A stretch of 64,000 bases of DNA from contig NC_043002.1 in assembly GCF_006345805.1 (NCBI RefSeq), forward strand, positions 116,746,001 to 116,810,000. Reading direction: 5' to 3'. The notes beneath the pieces were generated by a model. It was not told where the DNA came from and did no database searches. It saw only the letters and a program-made list of their open reading frames with translations. The stretch comes from Octopus sinensis (Eukaryota). Numbering within the stretch: the stretch's first letter is position 1; each line of letters opens with the position of its first letter. Positions 1 to 12,740 of the stretch are shown in pieces. The position numbers were made by a program, and so were the translations under genes.

Positions 1-149
1 AACTATTATTATTTCTGAGGCAATTTTCATTGCCATTATTCTTGCTGATTTTCAGTTTTTACGAGTAAGCATAAACCATGACCCGTTGCAATAACACAGC
101 GGTCGAACTGCTAGTTTTTAGAGTGCTTTGTATATTGTTAGCATACTAT

Positions 150-1000
150 TATAGAAAAACATGAAAGACACTTGCTAGAACATTACTTCAGATATGATGG
201 CATCTATATTAGAGAAGAACAATGCACTATGTCACAGAATACAAAATATATCCAATAAGAGTGGGTACCATATCGATTAAAGATGTGTACCAGATACAGA
301 CAAAATAAAATAGCGTGTAATAGGCTTATTCTATGCGTATTATCAAATTTTGACTATAAAATTGATGAGATGCGTAGTACAATATTTGACACTCTGAGAA
401 TAATGTTATGAAATACATTTGTAAGCAAATACAATGAATATATGACAACAATAGAAATAGTAAATAAAGTCATTGCGAGGAATTCCATCATGTTTTTCTC
501 CACAAGTTTTCTTTCATTTCATACTGACACCTTCATATATATTGCTATTTAAATATTCAGAAATTGTGAAATCTTGTGATGAATAAGCTATGCAATAGAA
601 GTCATGGTAGAAACAAACTATTTTATAACACAAAAGACTATCGAGCAATTATATTCAATGTCTTTGTGAGAATGTGTTATGGATTACGCTCAGAGCCATT
701 CCCAAAACTTGAGACTATCTCTCAATACAATGAATTATCAACCACGGTTTCATTCAAAGATTTGTGACATGTGTATCACATACTCATATAGTTTTCAGTT
801 CTGCTTCTTATTCTACTATTTACTATTTAACAAATGACAGCTTCATGAATTCCATTCATTATAGAAGAGATAATATCTTCAGTGTCTTCAACAGCAATAT
901 TTATATTGTAAGATTTAACAAAACTGCGTTAAAAGAACAATTAGTAACCAAAAAATACTAATCAAGAAATTCTAAGCACATCAGTAGTTATAAAATATGT
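150..1000 (+). pseudogene. Highly degenerate Penelope-like RT remnant (tentative)
   Basis: Broken translations HYFRYDGHLY (~180-210) and NELSTTVSFKDL (~730-765) resemble PLE RT motifs NYFxFxGxxY and xLPFLDL; many stops and frameshifts. Confidence 0.3.
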
Positions 1001-1317
1001 TCGTACTAATATAACATTGTGCTACTGCATTATATACTCACATTATATTTATTACAAGTTATTTGATCATCCTTAACTGTTATCACGTTATAGTATCGAC
1101 GCAGTTTCTTGACATGCTAAAAATAGCAACCAAATCTGTCTTAATTTAACCCTCACTGTATTGAAGTAAGAAAGAACACATTGACCCCTTTATCTGAAAG
1201 AAGACGGGATAATTGCAAATAGATTTTTATGACCATAGATCTACTGAATCAAGGCTAATAGGGAAATATATTAATATAAAAAGAATAAAGAACTGCTATT
1301 ACGATGGTATATAAAGA

Positions 1318-1532
1318 GGCGATCTGACACAATCGTTACCGCGCCGGACAAAATGCTTGGCGGCATTTATTTCGGCTTCACAGTTTGGACTAAAATTCTG
1401 CTGAGGTCGACTTTGTCTTTCATCCTATCATAGTCGATAAAATAAATGCCAATTGTGCACTGGGATCGATGTAATCGACTAGCGTCCTCCTCATAAAATT
1501 ACAAGTCTTATGCTTGTAGTAGAAATGATTAT
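1318..1532 (+). mobile_element. SINE family 1 (tRNA-type cephalopod SINE), diverged copy
   Basis: Core gaggtcgactttg..tttcatcct..gtcgataaaataa..ctgggatcgatgtaatcgact is shared with copies at 8627, 19223, 31500, 57265 and 57460. Confidence 0.7.
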
Positions 1533-2685
1533 AATGAAATATGTTGATCATTCACCTCATCGCTCGAACCATTTTTACCTGTTTACTTCTGTCTATTGGA
1601 CTTACTTTCCTCTGCGAACCATTATCGCAAAATGTCAAATTTAAAACTCCATACTTCATACGAAGCCCACCAGTTCCACTCATCCTTCTATTACTTCCAA
1701 TATAAAGTATTTTCAAATAGCTATAAACAATCTGACATTTTCCATAGCCAGTAGATGCTCTCTGTTATAACGATTGAAAAATTTACAGTGATATATAGAA
1801 AGCAGTTAGACGATTTATACCGCTTTGATACGCCCAATAAATAGCATAATAATTATTGATTCGGTTGTCGTTTATTGTCACTTATCTTGAAATAAAGAAG
1901 ATAATAGAATACATTTAAGTACTTTAAATTAGATGTTTTTCTTTTTACTTTATGCAAGTTATTGATTTTCAGACATCTAAGGGATGTGAACTGTTCGAAA
2001 ACAACATTTATTTTTCCCAATATACTCTTTAGATAATATTTTCTCAGCTTTTTGTTTACTATGACAAAAATCTTTCTATGAAACAGAGTGTATTTCTAAG
2101 TTTTGACTTATACTCAATTATCTGCAAGAAATGAATAATTTTAGTTGAATCACATATATGCTTAATCTCTACAAAATAATTTATGTTGTGAAATATTCAT
2201 TAACTTATAAACTTTATACAATACATTTTCAAACTTTCCATTCAGGAATAAAGATATATTAATTAAAAGATTTTACCATTGTTCCATGTAGCTCCTTTTA
2301 TCATTAATCTTACAGTCGTTAACATACCGATATTTCACATCTCTTGCATGACATAACTTTAATTAAGCACAGCAAGGAATAAACGATTCTCTTCAGTTGA
2401 GTGGGTCGGGGCAGGCATAATGGTGCAGTGTAATATAATTCGTTCACTCAGTTTCAATCGTCTATAATGATCCGAAACTCATCAGAATACACTTTAGACA
2501 GATTTTCCGCATTCAATCAATAACTGGTCCTGGCGGAAGAAAATTATTTAGTGTGAGTTACAGTAAATATTGGAATAGTCTTAAGTATACAGCAGAATGT
2601 TGCATATACTTATAACTTGAAACAAATGAATACGATATATTAAATAAAATAAAATAACAGAGGCCATCGGAGCATATAAATATAT

Positions 2686-2720
2686 ATGTGTGTGTGTGTA
2701 TATATCTATATCTATATCTC

Positions 2721-2754
<34 letters not shown>

Positions 2755-2794
2755 TGTATGTATGTATGTACGTATGTGCGTATCTATCTATCTA

Positions 2795-2880
<86 letters not shown>
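2686..2880. repeat. Compound microsatellite (TG)n/(TATG)n/(TC)n/(TA)n
   Basis: Directly visible; explains ORFs 2686 and 2688. Confidence 0.95.
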
Positions 2881-2881
<1 letters not shown>

Positions 2882-2884
2882 TCA

Positions 2885-3091
2885 AAATGTGACCGCGTGT
2901 GTACCATTGGCAATTCTTTTCCTCCAACTTCCCTTCCTTGGATCTTTCCTTTTCCTATGTTTCAGACGAAGAGCTCCGCTCGAAACGTTAAACCCTCCTT
3001 CTTTCTTTCCTTTCCTGAGCGTCCAATAACACTATACTTGTTCCACGTCCTCGCGTTGTTGTGTTTTCTCTTTGTATTTTCATCTTTGGAT

Positions 3092-3095
<4 letters not shown>
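2885..3095 (+). mobile_element. Short Penelope-type element between TA-rich microsatellite tracts, carrying a minimal hammerhead-like motif (2959-2993)
   Basis: GTTT-CAGACGA-A-GAGC-TCC-GCTC-GAAA-CG-T-T-AAAC; flanked by (TA)n on both sides; related to 11455, 57000 and 61130. Confidence 0.6.
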
Positions 3096-3145
<50 letters not shown>

Positions 3146-3532
3146 AAGATATGATAATAATATATTAATATTTTAAATACTTTATAATATAGGTGGCTAA
3201 AGCAAATTAAAACTGAAATGGTAAAATTAATAAATTTCGAAATCACGTGATAGAGTTTTATCAACCTACGAAATTCTGCGAGTGTATCTCGGCAAAGAAA
3301 GATGTTGTAGCTTGCTGCTCGCAATCCCAAATATTTCATGAGGTTAGTGATTTTGATTGGTTGTTTGAGTTAAATTTTGCTTTTCATTTCTAGCAATCGT
3401 AGGCGCTATTTTGCACCCTCATATATATAAAGAATGGAGTAGATAAATTTCGGGCTACGTACGTTTCATAATAAACGGAACGTCAGGAGTGGTAAATATC
3501 CAAGCGAGGTGTATACCGCAGGCTACTCTTCA

Positions 3533-3715
3533 AGGGTGGTGGCGATCCCTGCTGTACTCTTTCGCCACAACTTTCTCTAACTCTTTCTTCTGTCGGCCTG
3601 CTCATTTAGCCAGCGGGGGGTGGCGTCATTTGAAAGCTAAAACAATGCAAAGCGCATTGTGACCAGCGATGTGCAGCAACATCTGATAGCCTGGTCGGTC
3701 ACGGTGATCACGGTG

Positions 3716-3717
<2 letters not shown>
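3533..3717 (+). mobile_element. SINE family 3, 5'-truncated copy
   Basis: Matches the reverse complement of the 3' two-thirds of the copy at 60712-61009. Confidence 0.75.
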
Positions 3718-3763
<46 letters not shown>

Positions 3764-3961
3764 ATATATATATAATATATATATATATATATCAATTAAA
3801 TAGAAAGATACTATTGACAATCCAATGATTTATTTATATTATAATATTACATGATATACTATGAATATGATATAGCCTAATATTATGTAACAAACAATGA
3901 TTTAAAAAAACCCATAAAAAGCCCAACAAATTGCTTCGAATTATATACATTTTCTGATATA

Positions 3962-5139
3962 TTGGGTTGGCAACTAAGTTTCTGCTGTTTTTTAAATTTT
4001 GGAATTCGAGAATTCTATTTTTGAATCACTTTTGAATCTTTTTTTTTCTAGTTAAGTTTAATTAGTTTTTGTTTATTGTCAGATCATTAAAATGGAATGT
4101 CAAGTTAAAAAAACGAGCATTTTCGACACCTACTTCTTTTCGCTTTTAATAAAGGTTCTAAGGCTGCAAAAGCTGCTCGCGACATTTGTGTTGTTTATGA
4201 AGACGGTGCTATAGTTGAAAGAAGTGCTTGTGATTGGTATGCCAAGTTCAAAAAGGGAAATTTTGACCTCAAAGACGCACCTCGTTCTGGCCGTCGAGTC
4301 GAATTCACTGAAGAGCGATTAAACCAACTTTTGCATGAAAATTCTCGTCAAACGACAAGGGAACTGGCAGTGAAAATGGAATGCTCCCACACTGCTATAG
4401 AGAAGCATCTTCACTCGATGGGAAAGGTTCAGAAGCATGGGTTCCGCATGGGTTCCGCATGGTTTATGTGACAACAATAAAAATCAACGATCCACAATCT
4501 CCGCTGGTTTGCTTGCACGTCACCGCTCAATTCATGGACACAAGCAACGATTTCTTTGCCAAATCGTTACTAGCGACGAAAATGGTGCCTGTACATCAAT
4601 ATGAAGCAGCGTAAAGAATGGCTTAGGCCCGGTAAACAAGCGACACCGCGCGTGAAACAAGATCTTCATCCGCGTAAAACGATGTTGTGCGGATGGTGGA
4701 CTAGGAAGGGATTATCCATTACGATTTGTTTGAACGGAACCAAACGGTCAACGCAGAACTCTATGTTCAACAGATGGAACGACTCAAGACGGCTATTCAA
4801 GAGAAAATACCTAATCGGCAGCATGGAGTTCTTCTGCTGCACGACAACGCCCGCCCTCATATCGCCAATATGACCAAGGAAGCCATTCAAACGCATGGCT
4901 GGCAAGTACTTCCATACTCGCCGTACTCTCCTGATTTGGTACCAACGGATTTCCACCTCTTCTGAACTCGTTCAAATGCTATGCGCGGAGTTTCGTTCAA
5001 TACTGAGGCAGAATTGAGAACTTGGTTGGATCAATATCTCGAGTCGGATTCGGGTGATTTTTACCAACAACGTATTGAACATCTTGTTGGACATTGGGAA
5101 GAAGTTGTTGACAACAAGAGTGAATACATTATTGATTAG
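3962..5139 (+). mobile_element. Mariner (Tc1/mariner D,D34D) transposon, frameshifted transposase; left TIR present, right TIR missing
   Basis: TA+ttgggttggcaactaag TIR at 3962; ATG 4092 MECQVK..; DAPRSGR; WVPH motif with 11-bp duplication (4436-4457); LLHDNARPH; YSPDLVPTDFHLF; ends EYIID* at 5139. Confidence 0.92.
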
Positions 5140-5244
5140 AGGAAAAGATATCCTTCAAAGGGGTGTGTTAAACGGAATTTCGTCTATCTTTAAACCATGT
5201 CCCTGAAGTGACATATATATAAGGGAACTATTATTTTGTATATA

Positions 5245-5350
5245 TTGGGATGGCAAGTAAGCTCCCACCGTTTTTTAAGTTAAATTTTTTTAAAAGGTTT
5301 AATAAAAATAAGAAATCTGTAAAACTTTCCAGAAGTTTATCATTAAAATA
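5245..5350. mobile_element. Isolated mariner terminal fragment
   Basis: TA+ttgggatggcaagtaagctcccaccgtttttt resembles the TIR at 3962 in the same orientation. Confidence 0.5.
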
Positions 5351-5354
5351 TATA

Positions 5355-5658
5355 TGAGCATGTCTAGATATGTAACTATATGCATGAGAATACATACATG
5401 AAACATACAAATCTGCACATACATACATACATACATACATACATACATACATACATACATACATACATACATGCATACATGCATACATACATACATGCAT
5501 GCATACACAAATACCTGTTGTTGATGTTGAAGTTTAAATGAACGAGCCCTGGATCTGGGATAGAAACCGGTTTTTTTCTCTATTGGCAAGAAATCTTGAT
5601 ATAAACTAAAGAAAGACATACATACATGCATATAAACATATATATATATTATATATAC

Positions 5659-5691
<33 letters not shown>

Positions 5692-5778
5692 ATATATATA
5701 TATATGCATGTATGTATGTATGTATATGTATGTATGTACATGTATGTATGTATGTATGTATGTATGTATATATATATA

Positions 5779-5840
<62 letters not shown>
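5355..5840. repeat. Compound (ACAT)n/(TATG)n/(TA)n microsatellites
   Basis: Directly visible. Confidence 0.9.
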
Positions 5841-5845
<5 letters not shown>

Positions 5846-6151
5846 GTATGTGTAAGTTAATGCATGTTTATTTTCTGAATATAGAATATATTATTTGTGC
5901 GTACATATGTTTTTGAATGTGTGTGCGCATGTGAAGATTGTTTTATTTTTATGTATAACTACGTATGTGTGCGTGCGTATATATAAATGTGCCCGAGTGT
6001 GTATGTTTGAACTACAGTCCCCTGACAACCAATCTTTTCTTCATCACATTAATTATCTTGAAATCTCGCTGAATTTTCAACCACATCTCTCTTTAATGAC
6101 CACAAAAGTCTCTTCTCTAAATCCGTCCCTATACACCCATACACATATAGT

Positions 6152-6182
<31 letters not shown>

Positions 6183-6599
6183 ACACACAAACTTTTATAC
6201 ATACACACATTCGTATGTACATATTCATGTTTGCATATATTTGTGTGAGTGTAGATATACATTAACCAGGCTGTATCCATACATACTCTAAGTCCCCAGA
6301 CAACCAGCTTTATTTATATTACATTTATTATCCTGCAAGTTCTAGCTCTTTTCTTACAACAATGTGCTCCCATGCCATTTTTAATTGTAATCTATTACAA
6401 TCTTGCTCTGTTCCTACAGCTCATTTTCCTTCCTCATTCTCATTGTTTTAATTCTCATCTCCTTTTCTCTGGTATGGTTGATCTCTAATCTACCTCCCTG
6501 ACAGAATTCCCTCTGCAAAGTGATCTACCTAACTTGTTGACCGACAGCCACTAATTTATTCATGCACGAATATGCTTTATGCGAAAAAAGATTCTAAGG

Positions 6600-6850
6600 T
6601 GCTGGAATGACTGTGTAATGAAGAAGCTCCTTTTACAACCTCGTGGTTCCCTATTCAGTCTCACTGCGCAGCACCTTGGGCCGATGTCTTCTACTATAGC
6701 TTCGGGCCGACCGATGCCTTATATTAGAATTTAATATATGGAAATTGTATGGGTGCACATCGTATATATTTATATATGTGTACGAGCAAAACGCCCCCCG
6801 TCCAATTGACGGTGCTGAGTTGTCAAACATTTAAACCAAATTTTCTCAAA
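6600..6850 (+). mobile_element. SINE family 2, diverged 5' part
   Basis: caccttgggc..tgtcttctactatagc.tcgggccgacc shared with copies at 10195 and 11250. Confidence 0.6.
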
Positions 6851-7169
6851 ACAACTTGTCCGACCGTCCCATAGGCCTCCCCTTTGAGAAACACTGATTT
6901 AACCTAAATTTGAGACACCAGCAAAAGAAGAAATAAAGATAGACATTTTTTCCATTCCAAAGAAAAACGATTTTATTCACACAAATATGCAACCGTTTAA
7001 CGTACCAGTAATGATAAGCCTGTTGACTGGGAGAACACAAACATGGTTTAAACAATAAGCTTGGCATTTAAGCAGTACAAAAACAACAAAAAATGGAAGG
7101 TGCAGTTATGTACAGGTTGACGGAAGAAAAGCAGAACAAAAACGGTTTTATCGATTGCATTCTAACCTG

Positions 7170-7320
7170 GAATCGATTTTTCTAATTTTTTCAAGAATTA
7201 TACACGCCCTGATACCGTCGGTATCTACATATCAAATCCGAGCGCAATCGGATGGAGGATGCCCGAGATCCGAGAAGACACACAGACAGATAGACAGACA
7301 GAACGAATTTTATATGAGAT
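7170..7320 (+). mobile_element. Possible non-autonomous Helitron/Helentron (DINE/Lep1-like) end
   Basis: caaatccgagcgcaatcggat (6-bp stem) followed by (GACA)n and ttttatat resembles DINE-1/Lep1-type ends; by resemblance only. Confidence 0.3.
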
Positions 7321-7651
7321 GTGCGTGCGCGGGCGCGTATGTATGTACGCGTTTGCGCATGAGTGGGTGTGTGTCCATGCACAAGATTTAAAGTTTCGTA
7401 GGCTCCTGACAGGAGCCGTCTCTTTCAGGGTTTGATTGCCGAATGGAGAGATACAGGAAATCCAGCAGGATTACCGGAAGATAGGCTATTATTGGTGAAG
7501 GCAGGCCACATGGTGTTTTCAAAGAATATTGACAAAGAATATCAGGTCCTTTACGGCAACAGTTACATTAGAAAGAAGAATTTCTTTGACTGCGTGGTTG
7601 GACAGGAAGCTGGTGGCATCTTGGTGCTTGGATATGGTAGCAATAAGGCCG

Positions 7652-8300
7652 GTGAGTGTGTGTGTGTGTGTGTGCTTGATGTATATATATACGCGAGATG
7701 TATGAATGCCTGGTCATATGGGTGTACGTGTGTGTATGATTGTGTTTGTGTTTGTGCGTTTTGGTTGTTGGTATGTTATTGGCTGGATGGGTGTGCGTGA
7801 GTGTGCATGCGAGAGTGTGTGTCTATGTGCATGTGTGCGTGCGCGTATGTATGTACGTCTGTAAGAGGATATGTGGTGCGTGTGCGTTTGTGTGTGCCTG
7901 TATGTGTGCGTGTGTGCGTATATATGCTTCTGTTAATGTATTCGGGTGTAATGTACACTAGTGTACCTACATTTACGTATGCGTGCGTATGTGTGTGTGT
8001 GTGGGGGGCTGCGTGTGTACGTATACGTGTGCGTATGCGCATGCATGTTCATGTGTGTGTGTGTGGGGGGGTTCATGTGAGTATGCGCACGTGTGTTCAT
8101 ATTTGTGAGTGTGCGTGTGTGGTGAGTGCAAGATCTTCGCGTGTGTGTATGTGTGTGTGCGTATAGGCGTGCATATATGCGCGCGTATGTGTGTGGACGT
8201 TTGTGGGAGTACGTGAGCGAGCATGTGTAGGGTTGTGAGTGCACATAAATGCTTGTGTGTGTTTATATGTGTTTATTTATGTGGAGGTGTAGTTAGGGGT
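7652..8300. repeat. Degenerate (GT)n-rich low-complexity tract
   Basis: Directly visible; source of ORFs 7740-8244. Confidence 0.9.
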
Positions 8301-8626
8301 TTGTAGGGAATGCATAGGGCTGCTGGGTTCACTGTGCGTAGGTCAGTCTGTTGGTGGTTGGTAGCTATGTCCCTCATGGTTGGTAATCCTGTCCTTGTTT
8401 GTGGAACAGCCAAGGCAGGACAGCGGCCGATGTTAAAGTGTTATGTCTGGATTGTCGGTAGCAAGGAGGGCATACCTCTGGTGTCAGCAATAGGACAGTT
8501 CATATTTCGTGTTGATAGATACTGTAGGTTGATGGAAGATGTGCTGTCTTTCATGGAGGCAGAGCTGGGAATTGCGATCGCCGGGTGAATAGGTTGACCT
8601 CCACTTTGTCAATATTCTTTGACAAA

Positions 8627-8838
8627 AGGCGGCGAAGGAGCAGAAACGTTAGCACATTAGGCAAAACGCTTAGCGGTACTTCGTCTGTCTTTACGTTCTG
8701 AGTTCAAATTCCACCGAGGTCGACTTTGCCTTTCATCCTTTCAGGGTCGATTAATTAAGTACCAGTTGCGTACTGATGTCGATCTAATCGACTGGCCCTT
8801 CCCCCAAAATTTCGGGCCTTGTATCTAAAGTAGAAAAG
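8627..8838 (+). mobile_element. SINE family 1, full-length, with 15-bp target-site duplication
   Basis: TSD aatattctttgacaa (8611-8625) / aatattctttcacaa (8839-8853); B-box-like gagttcaaattcc. Confidence 0.85.
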
Positions 8839-9012
8839 AATATTCTTTCACAACGCCATATGTCCTGCCTTGACCAGCAGTAACCTATCTTCCGATAGCC
8901 ATCTTCGACTTCTTTTGCCTCTCCATTCGGCACTCCAAAGACTGAAAGAGTCGGACTTCTGATAGGGGTCTGTGAAACTTTAAGTCACACGTAACCGAAT
9001 AAAACTGCTTTA

Positions 9013-9084
<72 letters not shown>

Positions 9085-10194
9085 TACATACATACATATA
9101 TACATACATACATACATACATACTACATACATACATACATACATACATACATACATACATAAACACACACATACATAAAACAATTGCTTTCAGTATTTAT
9201 TATACTATCTGCTTTTTATCACAGTAGCTTGCATCTTAACATTCTATTGTTATTTAATAGTATATTCCACTACTTTGATATTTTTCTCAATCACAATTGC
9301 ATATCCCTCGAATAACAATGAATATTATTTTTCTTATTCCCATGTAATTTTAGAACCATCATATCTACCACGATATTTAATTTACTAGATTGGTTACATA
9401 CAATTCTGATGTTATCTGGCCCTCTGCTATTCATATATTGCACACATTTATAGGTTTTTACATTGAATTGTCTTGTGAACCTCATTCAAATTATATGCTC
9501 AGGGAATATATTGATTATTTGAAAGACAGTTACATCTCCCTAAGTCTTATGTGATCTTTATACGATGCGATTTCACCCTTCTTATAGTATATATAGCTTA
9601 TAGAAAAATCAGTGTATGTACAACTCGCTTTGATTATCAAATTGTTTTGCAATTGTTTGTGTCGTTCATTTGAAATCTGGGAGAAAGTACGAGTGTCTAC
9701 ATTTGCACAAAATTCATTTATTCTACCATGTTGAATTACAGATGAATTTCTTAGTTTCAAGCTATATGTGTTTCAAGGATACAATTGTCTAAGATGAGTA
9801 ACTGATGTTTTAAGATCAGTATGTTATCTGTCTGTCTGTTCTGTTCTGTTCTGTCTATCTGTCTGTCGTGCGTGAATGTGCGTGTGTTTTTTTAAATTAT
9901 ATTTATATTTATTTATAAGTGTGCTTAAATGTCAGATGAAAACAAAATGTAAGTCTTGAGTGTAATAGAAAGAAGGAGGCAAGAGAAAGAGAAAAGGAAA
10001 GAGAGACAGGAAGAGTGAAAGGAGTTATAGATTAGTATTAAAAACATGGGTCGAGAGAACAATGTGTGAAGAAAGTAAGAGGAAGCTAAAAGTTCAGAGC
10101 ATCCAGAAAATTCAAGTAATTTAGGGCAAGGTCGATTGTTAAGGGAGTATATCTCCACAGCTCTTCTCTTGGTAGAACCTGTACTTTTTACCTT

Positions 10195-10411
10195 TCTTTT
10201 ATCTGTTATCTGTTATCTTTTATCTTTTTCTTGTGTCAGTTATTAGACTGCTGCCATGCTGGGGCACCATCCTGAAGCATTTTTGGCCAAATGTATCGAA
10301 ACCAGTAAAAGCCTGATACTTATTCTATCGTGTCTTTTGCCGAACCGTTATTTTACGAGGATGTAAACACACCAGCAATGGTTTTTAAGCGGTGATGGGT
10401 GGACAAATACA

Positions 10412-10484
<73 letters not shown>

Positions 10485-10655
10485 ATGCACACACACATAT
10501 ATGACGGTCTTCTTTCAGCTTCCGTCTACTAAATCTACTCACAAAATTTTGATCATCCTGAGGTTATAGTAGAAGACGCTTGTGCAAGGTACCAAGCAGT
10601 GGGACTGAACCCCGAACCGTGTGTTTGGGAATTAAGCTTCTTACCTACACAGCCA
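10195..10655 (-). mobile_element. SINE family 2 with internal (CA)n
   Basis: Reverse complement reads ..gtaagaagcttaattcccaaacacacggttcggggttcagtccc..(TG)n..aaagacacgatagaataag..(gataaaa) tail. Confidence 0.8.
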
Positions 10656-11249
10656 TTCCTGCACCATTAGTTAATTCTTCCAGTGCATCTAGCAGTTCTA
10701 CTAGCAATTATTATGCGACATTGTTGCATTTAAATTCATAAAACTGCATTTTATCCGTGTAGTTCATTGCCAGTTTGGTTACTCCGTGCATTCTAAGATA
10801 GATATTATCTCTGAAAAAAAAATCACCATTGTATCATTGTCATGGAATAATACGAAACTATATCTCGAATGCCATGGCAGAAACAATGTCGATAATTCTG
10901 CTCAGACTTCTAAAGAAATATTATATAACTCTACTGGAATGAAATGAATTTATATGAAAATAATTAGTATTCCAGAATGCATTGATATGAGTTGTTGTTG
11001 CTCTGTGCCTGGTCATTTCTGAACTCAGAGCTCCTCGTCTGAGATATTCCAGATCTTTTTTTTGTTTATAGATACTGCACTACATTATGAAACATATTCA
11101 TTCTTTTCCGGTGCGGTAGGTTTAATTTGAGAGATTTATCTAATGCTTCTAGAAGGTCGATCGATGATGTAGATAATCCCTTATTCGTTTTAGATTGCAG
11201 TAATCGAAGTTACGACTGAATGTATGGATATATGTGTATGATCATGGAC

Positions 11250-11895
11250 AGGGGAGGCTGTGTGATAAGAAGTTTGTTTCCCAACCACATGGTTCCGGGT
11301 TCGTTCCCACTGCTTAACACTTTGGGTAAGTCTGTTCTATTATAGCCCAAGGCAGACCAAAGCCTTGTGAGTGGATTTGGTAGACGTGAACTGAAAGAAG
11401 TCCGTCGTATATGTGTATATACTGTATGTTCGCCATGCTTGATCGCTAAATCCACATTTTTTTTGTTATTCTCCCTCTGTTTATTTTCTCATATTCCTTT
11501 CTGCTGAAGAGCACAGGCATGAAGCGTAAAAAACATTCTCCCTTTCCCGTGCGTCAAACTAATACACCTGCTTAATGTCTTCGTCTTTTGTTTTTTCTCT
11601 AAATTTCAACTACACACACACACACACAAACACATATACACACATACACATACACACACACACATACACACACATATATATACATGTATATACGCGTGAG
11701 TGTCTTTGTGTCTGTGTTTGTTTCCCATCACCGCTTGACATCCGGTTTTGGTGTGTTTACATCCCCGTAACTTAGCGGTTCTGCAAAAGACACCGATAGA
11801 ATAAGTACCAGGCTTAAAGTAAAGAAACCTCTGTACGGCGGTGCCCCAGTATGGCTGCGTCTAATGATTGAAACAAGAGAAAGATAAAAGACAAG
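11250..11895 (+). mobile_element. SINE family 2, interrupted by a short Penelope-type element (~11455-11600) and (CA)n
   Basis: 5' half ttcccaaccacatggttccgggttcg..; 3' half gtaacttagcggttc.gcaaaaga.accgatagaataagtac..gaaacaagagaaagataaaaga; insert carries ctgctgaagagcacaggcatgaagcgta. Confidence 0.8.
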
Positions 11896-11906
11896 AGATG
11901 TATATA

Positions 11907-11997
<91 letters not shown>

Positions 11998-12027
11998 AAA
12001 AAAATACAAACTGGGACAAGAACGCAA

Positions 12028-12553
12028 AACAGAAAAAAGATGGTATAGGCACACACCAGAAAAGGTCACAGAAAATGAGAAAGCAACCATACTCTGGGAT
12101 ATGCCGATACACACAGATAGAGAAATTAAGGCTAACAGACCAGATATAGTTGTCAGAGATCATGAAGGAAAAAAATGCTTTCTAATTGATGTATCAATAC
12201 CGGCAGATGACAACGTGTCTCTAAAAGAAATGGAGAAACTCTCAAAATACAAAGACCTGGAAATAGAGGTAACTAGAATGTGGAATCTGAAAACAGAAAC
12301 AATTCCTATCATAGTAGGTGCATTAGGCATGATAAAAAAATATTCAGACAAATACATAACAAAAACACCAGGACTTACAAACACATATAACATACAGAAA
12401 ATTGCACTACTAGGCACTGCACACATCCTACGCAGAACACTTTCCATACAATAACCATCAGAGCATCACAACAAATCACAGCACATACCCAAGGCACACA
12501 GAGCTGCGCTCGGTAGTGAAGTGAAAGCACGCTATAAAAATAGAACTACTGAA
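12028..12553 (+). mobile_element. Dong/R4-clade LINE, 5'-truncated copy (RLE endonuclease domain + 3' UTR)
   Basis: ORF 12101-12454 RPDIVV..IDVSIPAD..KEMEKLSKYKDL..PIIVGALG; near-identical to 46585-47151; followed by (AAT)n. Confidence 0.92.
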
Positions 12554-12604
12554 TAATAATAATAATAATAATGATAATAATAATTATTATAATTATAATA
12601 ATAA

Positions 12605-12645
<41 letters not shown>

Positions 12646-12672
12646 TAATAATAATTATTATAATTATAATAA

Positions 12673-12737
<65 letters not shown>

Positions 12738-12740
12738 TAA
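12554..12740 (+). repeat. (AAT)n tract
   Basis: Directly visible. Confidence 0.95.

Larger units (their letters stand above)
7385..8995 (-). mobile_element. Old Penelope-like insertion with inverted terminal (pLTR-like) arms at 7385-7538(-) and 8604-8995(+)
   Basis: The arms are colinear and about three-quarters identical once the SINE in the right arm is removed; both end in CTGAAAGAG-stem-GAAACTTTAA. Confidence 0.55.

Noticed and set aside
8310-8588. 92-aa + strand ORF as a gene
   Set aside because: Lies between the inverted arms of a repeat; no motif; probably the antisense of a decayed element.
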